64,000 nt of DNA from an uncultured Pseudomonadota bacterium (GCA_963741745.1 CAVUJF010000001.1:122345-186344), one strand, 5' to 3'. Counted from the stretch's first letter, positions 1 through 13,121 are shown. Program-made: numbers and translations. Notes: generated by a model from the sequence alone, not told the origin.

Positions 1-208
1 GTTATTTGGCTCAACGGTTGCAACGCCGAATTGTCTCCATGACGCCCAAAGCCCGCAATCAGCTCTTGGCGTGTGGGAGCGAGTGGAAATGAATTCCGAT
101 TGACTGCCTTTGGTTTGCATCTCGGCGGCAGCGTCTGCGCACTGACGTGGTGTTCGGGTGCTGTACTTCGGGTGGTACCGCTGGCCTGGCTGGTACCTAA
201 GCGGCGGC

Positions 209-888
209 ATGCACGTGGTAGCGATCCTCGTGATCGTGGATCGGCGCTCGGGCCGGCCCTGACGCTGATCATGGCCAATCCCGCCAAGCCGCGCCGCGAC
301 GCTCAAGCGCGACATCATGATCATCGTCGTCGTGCAAGTGGTAGCGCTGACCTACGGCGACCAGTACGCTGTGGCACGGCCGGCCGCTCTACTACACGTT
401 TTCGGCGACAGGCTGGAGATGGTGCAGGCCGCGGACCTGATCAGACGAGGAGATTGCGCGCGCTGCGCGAGAATCCGGCGTTGGCACCGCACTGGTATAG
501 CCGGGTGCGCTGGGTCTGGGCGCCGCTTCCGGCAGATCCGGCAGCGTCGCAAAGATCGTCAACGGGGCGGTCTTCGGCTCGGCGGACATCATCGACATGC
601 CGCGCTATTTCAGGCCCTGGGCCGAGGGGCTGCCGAAACTGCGCAAGAGCCTGCGCCCGCTGGGCGAGCTCAGTGCTTTACCAAGTCGGAAAAGGGAATT
701 CACTCGCCGGGCGAGTTGCTGCCTTGGGCATGGACTCCACGCAGGCCAATGGGATGGTCATGTGGGGTCAAGAGGGAAGTCTGCCGCTGTTAACGGTCTT
801 TGACCCGCAGTCTCTCCAGGTCCGCGCGATGCTGAAAGCTCGCGGCGGCACTGGCTATTTAAGCACCCGCAGCAAGTTACTGAACTGA
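209..888 (+). pseudogene. Possible degraded membrane-protein gene; protein-like segments jump between the three + frames
   Basis: Ordered protein-like stretches lie in different frames. IMIIVVVQVVALTYGDQYAVARPA is in the frame of ORF 317..793. APHWYSRVRWVWAPLPADPAA and LLTVFDPQSLQVRAMLKA are in the frame of ORF 73..888. MPRYFRPWAEGLPKLRKSLRPLGEL is in the frame of ORF 597..803. No family recognised. Confidence 0.2.
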
Positions 889-3107
889 TCGCTCCACACC
901 GGTTGCCCTGAACGCACCACAATTGGCGAGCTATTGGTCGCAAGCTCGGGCTGCAGCAGCAGTGTTGTATTGCGACTGACCAGCACCCAATCGGAGGCAT
1001 AGCTCGTCGTGAACGGGTCAGACGGGCGATCGGAAACCAGAATGGCTTGAAAGCCTGCATCGCGCGCCAGCTGTAGCACAACCGGCGGGAGATCCAGGTA
1101 TAGGTTGGAAAGGTGCAAGGCGATGACGCCATCTGGCTTCGTCACCTGCGCGTAGATTGCGAACGCCTCCCGCGTCAACAGGTGCAACGGAATGGCGTCG
1201 CCTGAGAATGCATCAATCGAGAGAATGTCGAATCGCTGCCCTAGCGCGGCGAAGTCTCCAGCGGCGATCTCACGTTCGAGCGAGAGTCTTGCGTCGCCCA
1301 GCACTAGCTCAACTGCAGCCTTGCTATCCTTTAGGTACGTGAAATGCGCCTGCGCGACATCCATTACCATCGGATTGAGTTCGTACACCCGCAACAGGTC
1401 GCCGGACCTGCCGTAGGCTGCGAGCGTTCCTGCGCCAAGCCCGACCGAACCAATGCGTAGCGGGCCTAGTTTCTGCCGCGCACGAATCGCGCGGCCGATC
1501 CCTGAGCTCTCACCATAGTACGTAGTGGGCTCGAAGCGCCCTGGGCTGCCGGCAAGCTGGGTGCCGTGCTCGATGACTCCGGCTACGCTGCGTATCCGGA
1601 GGCTATCCTCGCCCGTAATGACGACGCTCAGCGCGCCGTAGAAGTTGCGGCCCAGAAATTCCGAATCTTTCGAGATGGCACGATAGTAGCTTGCGCTCAT
1701 TGCCAGCGCGCAGAAGAAGGCCGTCAGCCCAACGGCGCGCGCGAGACCGTATCTTTGCAGCAGCACTGCCACGACGACCAAGAGGGCAGCGCAACCCCAC
1801 CGGGCTTCCCCCTGTACCACCTTTCCCAATTCGGCAGCATACGAGCCGAGCGCTATCGGAAATGCGCTGAGCAGCAGCAGTATCAACGTCGAGATCGCCA
1901 GGGCAACGAGAACGTTGCGGGTCCAGGAGGTTGCGTCGCGACCGCGCGATTGATCGAAGCCGCAATAGACTCCAAGTAAAGTTAGGCAAACAATGACTAA
2001 GGGCATCTCCCAGTAACCGTTGAATACCTGCGGGGCCACGATTCCAACAAGTACGCTGCCAAGAGCGCCTCCGATAGATATGCTCAGATAGAAGTGGGTC
2101 AGATAACTGGAACCTGGCTTGCTGCGTGCAAGCTCACCATTACACAGCAGGCAGCCAGCAAAGACTCCCAATAGAAATATAGGCAGCGCGACGTACACAG
2201 ATAACGTGCCGATATTGGCAAACAGAGCCCACGCCATGGCGCCGGTCGTCAACATCACGGGCACCAGAAGCATCTGACGTTGATACCATCCCCGACCGCC
2301 TCGTCCCTCAAAGCAGGCCACAAAGCTGAGAAGATAGAGACCCAACGGCGCAATCCATAGCAGCGGAATGGAGGCGACGTTCTGCGTGATCTGACTTGTG
2401 CCTGCAAGCAGCAGCGCGGACCCCAGGGCAGCACAGGCGACCCAATAGGCATAGCGTGTGCGCTTGGGGCGCGCCTGAGTACCTAGTTCCCCGGCCGCAG
2501 GGGCCCGGCCGGCGATGGCTGATCGTCTACATTGCAGCGCGAAATATACGCAGCACGCGACGAACAGTAGATAGCCGCCGCTCCATACCCAGGCTTGGGT
2601 GCGCAGGGAGACGAACGGCTCGATAGCAACCGGATAGCTGAACAGGCCCACCAATGAACCGAAATTCGACAGCGCGAATAGTCGATATATCGAGTGCTCT
2701 TTGACAGGATTGCCCGTTCCTCCGCTCAGCCACCTCTGCAAAAGCGGTGACGTCGATGCAAGCAAAAAGTACGGAAGGCCTACGGTCGCAGCAAGCAGAC
2801 CCAGGATCTGGTATTCAGGAGCAACCCCGAGCGCACCCTTCCAAATAATGCCCGGAATGATCGGCAACGTGAGGCAACTAACCACCAGTAGCGATATGTG
2901 CACCATAAACTGGCGCGCGCCTGCACGGCGCGTGATCCAGTGAGCATACGCATACCCGAGCAGCAGAACGCACTGGAAAAACACCAGACAGACCATCCAG
3001 ACGCCCGCCGAGCCACCGAACCACGGCAGGATCTGCTTAGCCACAATGGGCTGCACTAGAAAAAGCAGAAAGGAGGAAACCAGGATTGTCAGGGCCGCTG
3101 AAAGCAT
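855..3107 (-). CDS. Polytopic membrane protein fused to a spermidine-synthase-like (SAM-MTase fold) domain
   Basis: 750-aa ORF. The N-terminal ~480 aa form a series of hydrophobic helices. The C-terminal ~230 aa carry GLGAGTLAAY...VYELNP...FDILSIDAFSGDAIPLHLLTREAF, typical of spermidine/spermine synthase-family proteins. Visibly more AT-rich than neighbouring core genes. Confidence 0.75.
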   Translation of the reverse strand: MLSAALTILVSSFLLFLVQPIVAKQILPWFGGSAGVWMVCLVFFQCVLLLGYAYAHWITRRAGARQFMVHISLLVVSCLTLPIIPGIIWKGALGVAPEYQILGLLAATVGLPYFLLASTSPLLQRWLSGGTGNPVKEHSIYRLFALSNFGSLVGLFSYPVAIEPFVSLRTQAWVWSGGYLLFVACCVYFALQCRRSAIAGRAPAAGELGTQARPKRTRYAYWVACAALGSALLLAGTSQITQNVASIPLLWIAPLGLYLLSFVACFEGRGGRGWYQRQMLLVPVMLTTGAMAWALFANIGTLSVYVALPIFLLGVFAGCLLCNGELARSKPGSSYLTHFYLSISIGGALGSVLVGIVAPQVFNGYWEMPLVIVCLTLLGVYCGFDQSRGRDATSWTRNVLVALAISTLILLLLSAFPIALGSYAAELGKVVQGEARWGCAALLVVVAVLLQRYGLARAVGLTAFFCALAMSASYYRAISKDSEFLGRNFYGALSVVITGEDSLRIRSVAGVIEHGTQLAGSPGRFEPTTYYGESSGIGRAIRARQKLGPLRIGSVGLGAGTLAAYGRSGDLLRVYELNPMVMDVAQAHFTYLKDSKAAVELVLGDARLSLEREIAAGDFAALGQRFDILSIDAFSGDAIPLHLLTREAFAIYAQVTKPDGVIALHLSNLYLDLPPVVLQLARDAGFQAILVSDRPSDPFTTSYASDWVLVSRNTTLLLQPELATNSSPIVVRSGQPVWSDQFSNLLRVLK

Positions 3108-3282
3108 GGGCTCGAGGGCTCGGCTGGCTACACTAAGTCAAGAGAGTGTCGCAGGAGCCCGTTGCCCGATCCGTGATGCCATCGATGCTCGGCACAAAAA
3201 TCCGGCCCAGGCATACGACCAAGCGCTCTGCTGCAGCGGTCTTGCCCCCGGACTCTTCCCGGCCCGGTCAGCGACACCGTGC

Positions 3283-5382
3283 CTAGGGATCTGCGGGTGC
3301 GCTGACCCCGAATGAGTGCGCCAGGAACGCCCACTGGTCGGCGAAGTCCTCCACCTGCATCCACACCGGCTTGCCGGCACCGTGCCCGGCACGGGTCTCG
3401 ATGCGGATGAGGATCGGGTTGCCGCACACCTGCACCGCCTGCAGTGCGGCGGCGAACTTGTAGCTGTGCCAGGGGACGACGCGGTCGTCATGGTCGGCCG
3501 TGGTGATCAGCGTCGGCGGGTAGCACACACCCTTCCTGACGTTCTGCACCGGCGAGTACGCGTACAGCGCCCGAAACTGCTCAGGATCTTCCGACAGCCC
3601 GTAGTCGGATGACCACTGGCGCGCATTGGCGCCGGCGGTGTGGTAGCGCAGCATGTCGAGCACGCCCACCGCGGGCAGGGCCGCCCCGAACAGTTCCGGC
3701 CGCTGGGTCAGCGCCGCCCCGACCAGGAGCCCCCCGTTGCTGCGCCCGTGGATGCCTAGGCGCGCCGGGCGCGTGTAGTGCTCGTCGATCAGGAACTGCG
3801 CCGCGGCGATGAAGTCATCGAATACCCGTTGCTTGTGGGTCAGTATCCCGGCCGTGTGCCAGGCCTCCCCGTACTCGCCGCCACCGCGCAGGTTGGCTTC
3901 CGCGTACGAACCGCCCATCTCAAGCCAGGCCTGTACCGCGGGGCGATAGCTCGGGGTGAGCGAGACATCGAAGCCACCGTAGCCGTACAGCAGCATGGCG
4001 GCGCTGCCATCGCGCGGCACATCGCGGCGGTGCGTGATGTACATCGGGATGCGCGTGCCATCCTTGCTTAAGTAGAAGACCTGCTCGGTGACAAAATCGC
4101 TGGCGGCCGCCGGCGCCGCCGGTGCCCGCCACAAGGTCACCCGGTCAGACTGGACGTCCAGGCGATAGATGCGCCGCGGTGTGAGGTAGTCGGTGTAGGA
4201 GAAGAACGTCTCCGCCTGGGTGCCCTCACCCTCGAAGCCCTCGATGCCGCCCAGGCCGGGCAGCGGCACCGTGCCGGCAAGGCTGCCGTCGAGGTCGAAG
4301 ATGCGCGCCACGCCATGGGCATCCTCGACATAGTTGGCGACGATGCGGCCGCCGACGTAGCTGGCGTCCTGGATCGCGGCCGTGCCTTCGGGGACCACCG
4401 TGCGCGGAATGCCGGGCTCCGCGGGGCTCACGGCCAGCACACGACCGAGCGGTGCGCCCTTGGTCGTGCGGAAGTACAGCTCGCTGCCGCGCGCGCCGAT
4501 GAAGTCATAGCGCGCATCCCAGGCCGTGAACAACGGCAGCGCCGCGCTGCCGGGCTGGTGCAGATCGAGGACCTCCACGGCATTGGCCAGGGAACCCTCG
4601 TGCAGCGTGACGATGAGGTAGTGGCCATCTTCGGTCACCACCGCCGAGGGCACGTGCGTGGGGTGGTTGCTGACCTCGTACACCAGCGTGTCGCTGTCCT
4701 GCTGCGTGCCGAGCCGGTGGAAGTACACCGCGGGACGGCCGGCGTCATCGCCCCGGCCGGAGGGCAGCGCCGGATAGCGGCTGTAGTACACCCCCGAGCC
4801 GTCGTGCGCCCAGGAGACTCCCCAGTACTTGGTGAAGCGCAGGGTGTCGCCGAGCTCCACGCCATCGCGCACCCGCCGGAAGTGCCAGACGCGCCAGTCC
4901 GTGCCGCCGTCGGAGAGCGAGTAGGCCACCAGCTCGCCCTGTGCGGAAGGGGTGAACTCGGCCAGCGCCACGGTCGCATCGGCACTGGCTGTGTTGGGAT
5001 CAAAGAGCACCCGGCCCGGTGAGTCCAGCCGCTCGCTGACCCACAGCGCGTTCAGGTTCTGCGCGCCATCGTTGTGCAGGTAGAAGTAGTGGCCGCCGCG
5101 CCTGACCGGGACATCGAAACGCTCGTAGTTCCACAGCTCGCCCAGGCGCTTCTTGAGCCAGGGACGCTGTGGCAGCGCGGCCAGGCGCGGCTGCGACAGC
5201 GCGTTCTCCTTCTTGACCCACTCGTGCACCGCCGGAGAGTCCAGGTTCTCCAGCCAGCGGTAGGGATCGGCCACCCGGGTGCCGAAATAGTTGTCCGTCA
5301 CCTCGCTGCGCACCGTGACCGGGTAGATCTGCAGGTTCGCCGCGGGCGGGCGGCCCACGGCGGTGTCGGTGGCCGTGGCCAT
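3283..5382 (-). CDS. Prolyl oligopeptidase (S9A family serine peptidase)
   Basis: 699-aa ORF. The N-terminus has the POP motif DPYRWLE. The catalytic Ser context is GRSNGGLL, with ADHDDRVVP and RAGHGAGKP near the C-terminus. A lipoprotein-type signal peptide sits just upstream in another frame (see findings). Confidence 0.9.
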   Translation of the reverse strand: MATATDTAVGRPPAANLQIYPVTVRSEVTDNYFGTRVADPYRWLENLDSPAVHEWVKKENALSQPRLAALPQRPWLKKRLGELWNYERFDVPVRRGGHYFYLHNDGAQNLNALWVSERLDSPGRVLFDPNTASADATVALAEFTPSAQGELVAYSLSDGGTDWRVWHFRRVRDGVELGDTLRFTKYWGVSWAHDGSGVYYSRYPALPSGRGDDAGRPAVYFHRLGTQQDSDTLVYEVSNHPTHVPSAVVTEDGHYLIVTLHEGSLANAVEVLDLHQPGSAALPLFTAWDARYDFIGARGSELYFRTTKGAPLGRVLAVSPAEPGIPRTVVPEGTAAIQDASYVGGRIVANYVEDAHGVARIFDLDGSLAGTVPLPGLGGIEGFEGEGTQAETFFSYTDYLTPRRIYRLDVQSDRVTLWRAPAAPAAASDFVTEQVFYLSKDGTRIPMYITHRRDVPRDGSAAMLLYGYGGFDVSLTPSYRPAVQAWLEMGGSYAEANLRGGGEYGEAWHTAGILTHKQRVFDDFIAAAQFLIDEHYTRPARLGIHGRSNGGLLVGAALTQRPELFGAALPAVGVLDMLRYHTAGANARQWSSDYGLSEDPEQFRALYAYSPVQNVRKGVCYPPTLITTADHDDRVVPWHSYKFAAALQAVQVCGNPILIRIETRAGHGAGKPVWMQVEDFADQWAFLAHSFGVSAPADP

Positions 5383-5508
5383 CGGCCGGCCCCCCGGTCC
5401 TGCCCCGGGAAACGGCTCCGGCCCGACCTGGGTGCCTGCGCAGCCGATGAGTCCGGTCGCGACGATGCGCGGCGGCGGCGGCGAACGCAGTACCGGTGCG
5501 CACGTCTT

Positions 5509-5889
5509 TCAGGGGAACTTGATCTTGCCGCCACCGGGGGTGCCGCCGCCGGCATCGGGCACCACGATGCGCGAGGCGGCCTCGCGGCGCATCTCGCGCG
5601 CCTCGTCGATGGCCTGTTCGAGGGCGACTTTCACGCCTGCGGGGAATTTCTCCAGCGCTTCCTTCAGCGAGAACGCCTCGATCTCAAATCCCAGGGGCAG
5701 CACCCCTGCGGGGGTGAGCAACTGCGTCTGGCCGGAGTACAGCACGTGACGGGTGGCATCGTCCGCGCCATCGCGGGTCACCGGGGTGAGCCTGCGGATG
5801 CTGCCCGCGCGACGGTCGGTGAAGACGTCCTCGCGGTACAGGCTGGTCGGGTCGAGCTGGATTTCGGGAAGTTCTTCCTGCGCTGCCAT
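5509..5889 (-). CDS. Conserved hypothetical cytoplasmic protein (126 aa)
   Basis: Clean ORF with normal composition (MAAQEELPEIQLDPTSLYREDVFTDRRAGSIRRL...). It fills the gap between the peptidase and mutT. No family recognised from memory. Confidence 0.55.
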   Translation of the reverse strand: MAAQEELPEIQLDPTSLYREDVFTDRRAGSIRRLTPVTRDGADDATRHVLYSGQTQLLTPAGVLPLGFEIEAFSLKEALEKFPAGVKVALEQAIDEAREMRREAASRIVVPDAGGGTPGGGKIKFP

Positions 5890-5948
5890 GGGGTTCCTGC
5901 CTCAACGGGTGAATTCGCATTGTACACGCCGGGTACGCATCCCCCGGC

Positions 5949-6335
5949 TCACGGGCCCGCGTGGCGCGCCTGCAGCGCGGCGACGAACGGCCGGTCGGCC
6001 TCGAGGATGTCCTCAGCGCCCAGCCGCCCCGGGGACACCCACTTCAGGCGCTGCCGCTCCAGCGGCCGCGGCGTGCCGCGGTAAGTGCCGATGACCCACA
6101 GCGACAGTTCGACGTCACGGTCCTCGTAGGCGTGCGAGAGCCGCATGAGCGGCTGCGCGGCGTCCACCTCCACGCCGAGTTCTTCGCGCAGCTCGCGCTC
6201 AAGGGCGACCCGCTCGCTCTCGGCGGGGGCCACCTTGCCGCCCGGGAACTCCCAGCGCCCGGCCATGTGCTTGCCGGCGGGGCGTTCGGCGATGAGCACC
6301 TGGCCGTGCGCATCATAGAGCGCCGCGGCCACCAC
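5949..6335 (-). CDS. mutT: Nudix hydrolase, MutT-like (8-oxo-dGTP diphosphatase family)
   Basis: Nudix box GGKVAPAESERVALERELREELGV lies in ORF 5949..6554. The first ~70 codons of that ORF are Arg/Pro-rich read-through overlapping the secA 3' end. There is no in-frame ATG upstream of the Nudix fold. GTG at 6335 is the first conventional start, so the start is uncertain. Confidence 0.75.
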   Translation of the reverse strand: MVAAALYDAHGQVLIAERPAGKHMAGRWEFPGGKVAPAESERVALERELREELGVEVDAAQPLMRLSHAYEDRDVELSLWVIGTYRGTPRPLERQRLKWVSPGRLGAEDILEADRPFVAALQARHAGP

Positions 6336-6369
6336 GAGGATGCGTTGGCGGGCGATGGGCGGGCGTCCT

Positions 6370-9111
<2,742 letters not shown>

Positions 9112-9266
9112 AACGTGACTCTATAAAACGGAAAAATAGCTTTCCCGACAACCACTTACCGTGACTGCAGGCTCGCGAAAGCGCGGTATTGTACGCAATA
9201 GACGCTTCCCACGCCCAATTGGTTCTCGGGCGCGGCAAATCAAGGTCGAGGGGTGAGTGTGCGGGT

Positions 9267-10187
9267 CTAGCGCCCGATGAAGGACAGCGGGTCGACCTGG
9301 CGACCGTTGCGCAGGACCTCGAAGTGCACGTGGGGACCGGTGGAGCGGCCGGTCGAGCCCATCAGTGCCACCGGCTGCCCGCGGGTGACCGTCTGGCCCA
9401 CGCTGACGAGGGTGCGCTCGGCGTGCCCGTAGCGGGTGACGTAGCCGTCCCCGTGGCTGATCTCGACGAGCTTGCCGAAGCCGGAGCGCTCGCCCGCCCA
9501 GGTGACCACCCCGGCGGCGACCGCGACCACGCTCGAGCCCTTGTCACCGGCGAAGTCGACCCCCTTGTGGAAGGCCTCGCGGCCATCGAAGGGATCTTCA
9601 CGTTCGCCGAAGTACGAGGAGATGAAGCCGTTGGCCACCGGGCGGCCTTCCGGGTGGATCTCCTGCTTCAGCTCGCGCGCCAGGATGACGTTCTCGAGCG
9701 CGGCCAGCTGCGACTCGCGCAGGCTCACCCGCTGCTGCAGCTGGACCAGCATCCGGGACAGGTCCGGAATCTGCGCACTGACCCCTTCGCCCTCGTTCTC
9801 CGGGCCGCCGGCGGGCGGATCGCGGTCGAAGTTGAATTCGCGGCTGTCGATGTCGGCCATTTCCGTGAGGCGCTTGCCGAGCGCGTCCAGGCGGATGACG
9901 TGTGCATTCACCTCGCCCAGGCGCATGGCCATGGCGTCCACCCGCAGCTGCAGTTGCTGCTTGAGGTCGGTGATCTGCTGTTTCTGCTGGGCGAGGAGCC
10001 TGCCGAAACCGGCCGTCTCGCCGAGCGCGAGATTCGCGTGTGCGCCGCGCCCGAGCTGCAGTCCCAGCACGAACGCGCTCCCCAGGATGACCAGCGTAAA
10101 GCCTGCAATGAGACTTAACGTGAGCGGGTGCGCAAGATTCAGCTGCCGGGCGCTGCCTTTGCGCTTGGAGAGGAAAATGACGTTCAT
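9267..10187 (-). CDS. M23/LytM-family metallopeptidase with N-terminal TM anchor and coiled-coil region
   Basis: 306-aa ORF. A hydrophobic segment LSLIAGFTLVILGSAFVLGL is followed by a Q/L-rich middle region. The C-terminal M23 motifs are HKGVDF and GSTGRSTGPHVHFEV. Confidence 0.9.
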   Translation of the reverse strand: MNVIFLSKRKGSARQLNLAHPLTLSLIAGFTLVILGSAFVLGLQLGRGAHANLALGETAGFGRLLAQQKQQITDLKQQLQLRVDAMAMRLGEVNAHVIRLDALGKRLTEMADIDSREFNFDRDPPAGGPENEGEGVSAQIPDLSRMLVQLQQRVSLRESQLAALENVILARELKQEIHPEGRPVANGFISSYFGEREDPFDGREAFHKGVDFAGDKGSSVVAVAAGVVTWAGERSGFGKLVEISHGDGYVTRYGHAERTLVSVGQTVTRGQPVALMGSTGRSTGPHVHFEVLRNGRQVDPLSFIGR

Positions 10188-10389
10188 GCCGGCCTTGCTG
10201 GGATGGCTGCAGTGAAAGGTCCAACGTCGACCCAGGCATTCGCTTGGACCGTGTCCGGGCCTGAAAGGCCCTGTTTTCGTTCAGAAAACATGTACGATGC
10301 TGGCAACCCCGCCGTCATGGCTCCTCGCTTTAGACCGGTGGCTTTGCGTCCCCGCCTTTCAGCGGGTTTGCTCGGGCAGCCAGGCCAAT

Positions 10390-10764
10390 ATGCCGAAGAA
10401 GACCCCCCGAGACAAGCGCGGGAAACCCCCAATGAGGACTCGCGCAGGTCTTAAGTCAAAAGCGGCGCACCCGGTTCATTCTGTCAAAGAGCTGCTCGGG
10501 CGCCCCGCGTCCACCCTCGCCCGGGTCTCGGAACAGGCCGGGCGGCAGCAGTTCTGGGACGCTTGGCTCAAGTCACGCCTGGGGCCGGAGCTGCACGGCA
10601 GGATCTCGGGCATCAGCGAGCAGGAGGGGCAACTGGTCATCTTCGCCGAGTCCGCCGCCTGGTCCGCACGGCTGCGCTTCGCCGTGGCCGAGCTCGATGG
10701 CGAGATCCTGCATGCGGCCGGGAAGATCACCCGCGTCAGCGTGCGGGTGCTGCCGCGCGCCTAA
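10390..10764 (+). CDS. dciA: DUF721/DciA-type protein
   Basis: The C-terminal half (GQLVIFAESAAWSARLRFAVAELDGEI...ITRVSVRVLP) resembles DUF721 proteins. Its position between the M23 peptidase and lpxC matches Pseudomonas/Xanthomonas synteny. ATG at 10390 is preferred over the ORF-track start at 10297. Confidence 0.7.
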   Translation: MPKKTPRDKRGKPPMRTRAGLKSKAAHPVHSVKELLGRPASTLARVSEQAGRQQFWDAWLKSRLGPELHGRISGISEQEGQLVIFAESAAWSARLRFAVAELDGEILHAAGKITRVSVRVLPRA

Positions 10765-10821
10765 AGGCGGCGGCGATTCCTGAGGAACTGGCGCAGGCGG
10801 CCCGGCAGGGCCGGCGGCGGT

Positions 10822-11742
10822 TCAGCCGCCGGAAGGGTGTGCGGGGGCTTCGATGTAGGAGATCGGGGCATCGGCATGGCGCTCGAAGACGACCTCTTCC
10901 CAGGCCAACTTGTCGGCCAGCAGCGTGCGCAGCAGCGTGTTGTTCAGGGCGTGGCCGGACTTGTGGCCGCTGAACTCACCGATGAGGCTGTGCCCGAGCA
11001 GGTACAGGTCCCCGATGGCATCGAGGATCTTGTGCTTCACGAACTCGTCCTCGTAGCGCAGGCCATCCTCGTTGAGCACGCGGAAGTCATCGAGCACGAT
11101 GGCGTTGTCGAGGCTGCCGCCGAGGGCCAGGTTGCGCGAGCGCATGGTCTCCAGGTCGCGCATGAACCCGAAGGTGCGCGCGCGGCTGACTTCCTTGAGA
11201 TAGGAGGTCGTGGAGAAGTCCATGGAGGCGCGCTGCGCGCGGCGCTTGAAGATCGGGTGGTTGAACTCGATCTCGAAGTTGACCTTGAAGCCGTCGAAGG
11301 GATCGAACTGCGCCCACTTGTCGCCATCCTCGACCCGCACCCGCTTGGTGACGCGGATGAAGCGCTTCGGGCGCTTCTGCTCCTCGATACCGGCCGACTG
11401 CAGCAGGAACACGAAGGGCCCGGCGCTGCCGTCCATGATCGGCACCTCGGCCGCGGAGACTTCCACGATCGCGTTGTCGATCCCTAAGCCGGCGAAGGCC
11501 GACAGCAGGTGCTCGACGGTGGAGACCCGCGACTCGCCCTTGCCCAGGCTCGTGCCGAGCATCGTGTCGCTGACGTTGTCGGCGGTGGCCCTGATGTCCA
11601 CCATGCTCGGCAGGTCGGTGCGGCGGAAGATGATGCCCTGGTCCGGGTCCGCCGGGCGCAGGGTCATCAGCACCTTCTTGCCCGTATGCAGGCCGACACC
11701 GGTGGCGCGAATCGTGTTTTTCAGGGTCCGTTGACCGACCAT
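10822..11742 (-). CDS. lpxC: UDP-3-O-acyl-N-acetylglucosamine deacetylase
   Basis: 306-aa ORF. The N-terminus [31 protein letters not shown] matches the E. coli LpxC pattern almost residue for residue. Confidence 0.97.
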   Translation of the reverse strand: MVGQRTLKNTIRATGVGLHTGKKVLMTLRPADPDQGIIFRRTDLPSMVDIRATADNVSDTMLGTSLGKGESRVSTVEHLLSAFAGLGIDNAIVEVSAAEVPIMDGSAGPFVFLLQSAGIEEQKRPKRFIRVTKRVRVEDGDKWAQFDPFDGFKVNFEIEFNHPIFKRRAQRASMDFSTTSYLKEVSRARTFGFMRDLETMRSRNLALGGSLDNAIVLDDFRVLNEDGLRYEDEFVKHKILDAIGDLYLLGHSLIGEFSGHKSGHALNNTLLRTLLADKLAWEEVVFERHADAPISYIEAPAHPSGG

Positions 11743-11805
11743 GCTGACCGCTTCTTGCAGTGACCTCCGCAGCGTACCGCGGATGACAGGCGCACCTTAA
11801 GCACC

Positions 11806-11843
11806 AAAAGGGGGAGGCCGTCCCAACCGGAAGGCCCCTCCCC
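11806..11843 (-). terminator. Hairpin plus short U-run downstream of ftsZ (possible terminator/attenuator before lpxC)
   Basis: The minus strand reads GGGGAGGGGCC-ttccggttgggac-GGCCTCCCC followed by TTTT, about 30 nt after the ftsZ stop. The stem has one bulge and the U-tract is short. Confidence 0.4.
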
Positions 11844-11875
11844 AGGTGCTGTGTAAGGCGCGTTACCGTATCACA

Positions 11876-13060
11876 TCAGTCCGCTTGCCGCCGCAGGAAC
11901 GCGGGGATGTCCAGTAGCTCCTCCGCGCTCATATCCGGCGCGATATCGCTGTTCACGGCCATCTTCACGCGCTGGTGCGTCGGGCGGTCATAGCGGTTGA
12001 AGTCACTCGCCGCAGTGGGCACCGCGCGCACCCCGCCGTCGCGGACCGCGCCGCGGCTCTCGCGGACCGGGGCCCGCTCGATGGGCTGACGCGCGGCCGC
12101 GGCCGGTCTGCCCAGGCCCGTGGCCACCACGGTCACGCGCACCTGATTGCTCAGTTCCGGGTCGATCACGGTCCCGACCACGACGGTGGCGTCATCGGAG
12201 GCGAACTGCTTCACGATCTGGCCGACTTCCTGGAACTCGCCGATGGACAGGTCCATGCCTGCGGTGACGTTCACCAGAATGCCGTGGGCACCGGCCAGGT
12301 TGATGTCCTCGAGCAGCGGCGAGGAGACGGCCGCCTCTGCTGCGGCGCGGGCACGGCCTTCGCCGCTGGCGACCCCGGAGCCCATCATCGCCATGCCGGT
12401 CTCGGCCATCACCGTGCGCACGTCGGCGAAGTCGACGTTGATCAGCCCGGGGCGGGTGATCAGCTCGGCGATGCCCTGCACGGCACCCTGCAGCACCTGG
12501 TTGGCGGCCTTGAAGGCATCCAGCAGCGTGGTCTGCGGGCCGAGCACGGTCAGCAGCTTCTGGTTAGGAATTGTAATGAGCGAGTCGCAGTACTTGGACA
12601 GCTCGGTGATGCCCTGGTCGGCGATGTAGGTGCGCTTGCTGCCCTCCATCTCGAAGGGCTTGGTCACCACCGCGACGGTGAGGATGCCGAGCTCCTTGGC
12701 CACCTGCGCCACGACCGGCGCAGCGCCGGTGCCCGTGCCACCACCCATGCCGGCGGTGATGAAGAGCATGTCGCAGCCCTCGATCAGCTCGACGATGCGG
12801 TCGCGGTCCTCCATCGCCGCCTGCCGGCCCACGTCCGGGTCGGCACCGGCGCCCAGGCCCTTGGTCATGTTGCTGCCGATCTGCAGCGCGGTTTTGACCT
12901 TGGCGTGCTTGAGTGCCTGCGAGTCGGTGTTGATGCACATGAATTCAACGCCATCGATGCCGGCGGTGACCATGTGGGCGACGGCATTGCCGCCACCCCC
13001 ACCCACCCCGATCACCTTGATGACGGCGCTCTGGCTGTACGCGTCCATCAGTTCAAACAT
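11876..13060 (-). CDS. ftsZ: Cell division GTPase FtsZ
   Basis: 394 aa. It carries the tubulin signature GGGTGTGAAPV and GVGGGGGNAV. Confidence 0.98.
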   Translation of the reverse strand: MFELMDAYSQSAVIKVIGVGGGGGNAVAHMVTAGIDGVEFMCINTDSQALKHAKVKTALQIGSNMTKGLGAGADPDVGRQAAMEDRDRIVELIEGCDMLFITAGMGGGTGTGAAPVVAQVAKELGILTVAVVTKPFEMEGSKRTYIADQGITELSKYCDSLITIPNQKLLTVLGPQTTLLDAFKAANQVLQGAVQGIAELITRPGLINVDFADVRTVMAETGMAMMGSGVASGEGRARAAAEAAVSSPLLEDINLAGAHGILVNVTAGMDLSIGEFQEVGQIVKQFASDDATVVVGTVIDPELSNQVRVTVVATGLGRPAAAARQPIERAPVRESRGAVRDGGVRAVPTAASDFNRYDRPTHQRVKMAVNSDIAPDMSAEELLDIPAFLRRQAD

Positions 13061-13121
13061 GGTTGTCGCTCCTTACACAAATACAAACGGTTGGTTGAGT
13101 CATCTTCTTCTGCTGTCAGCT

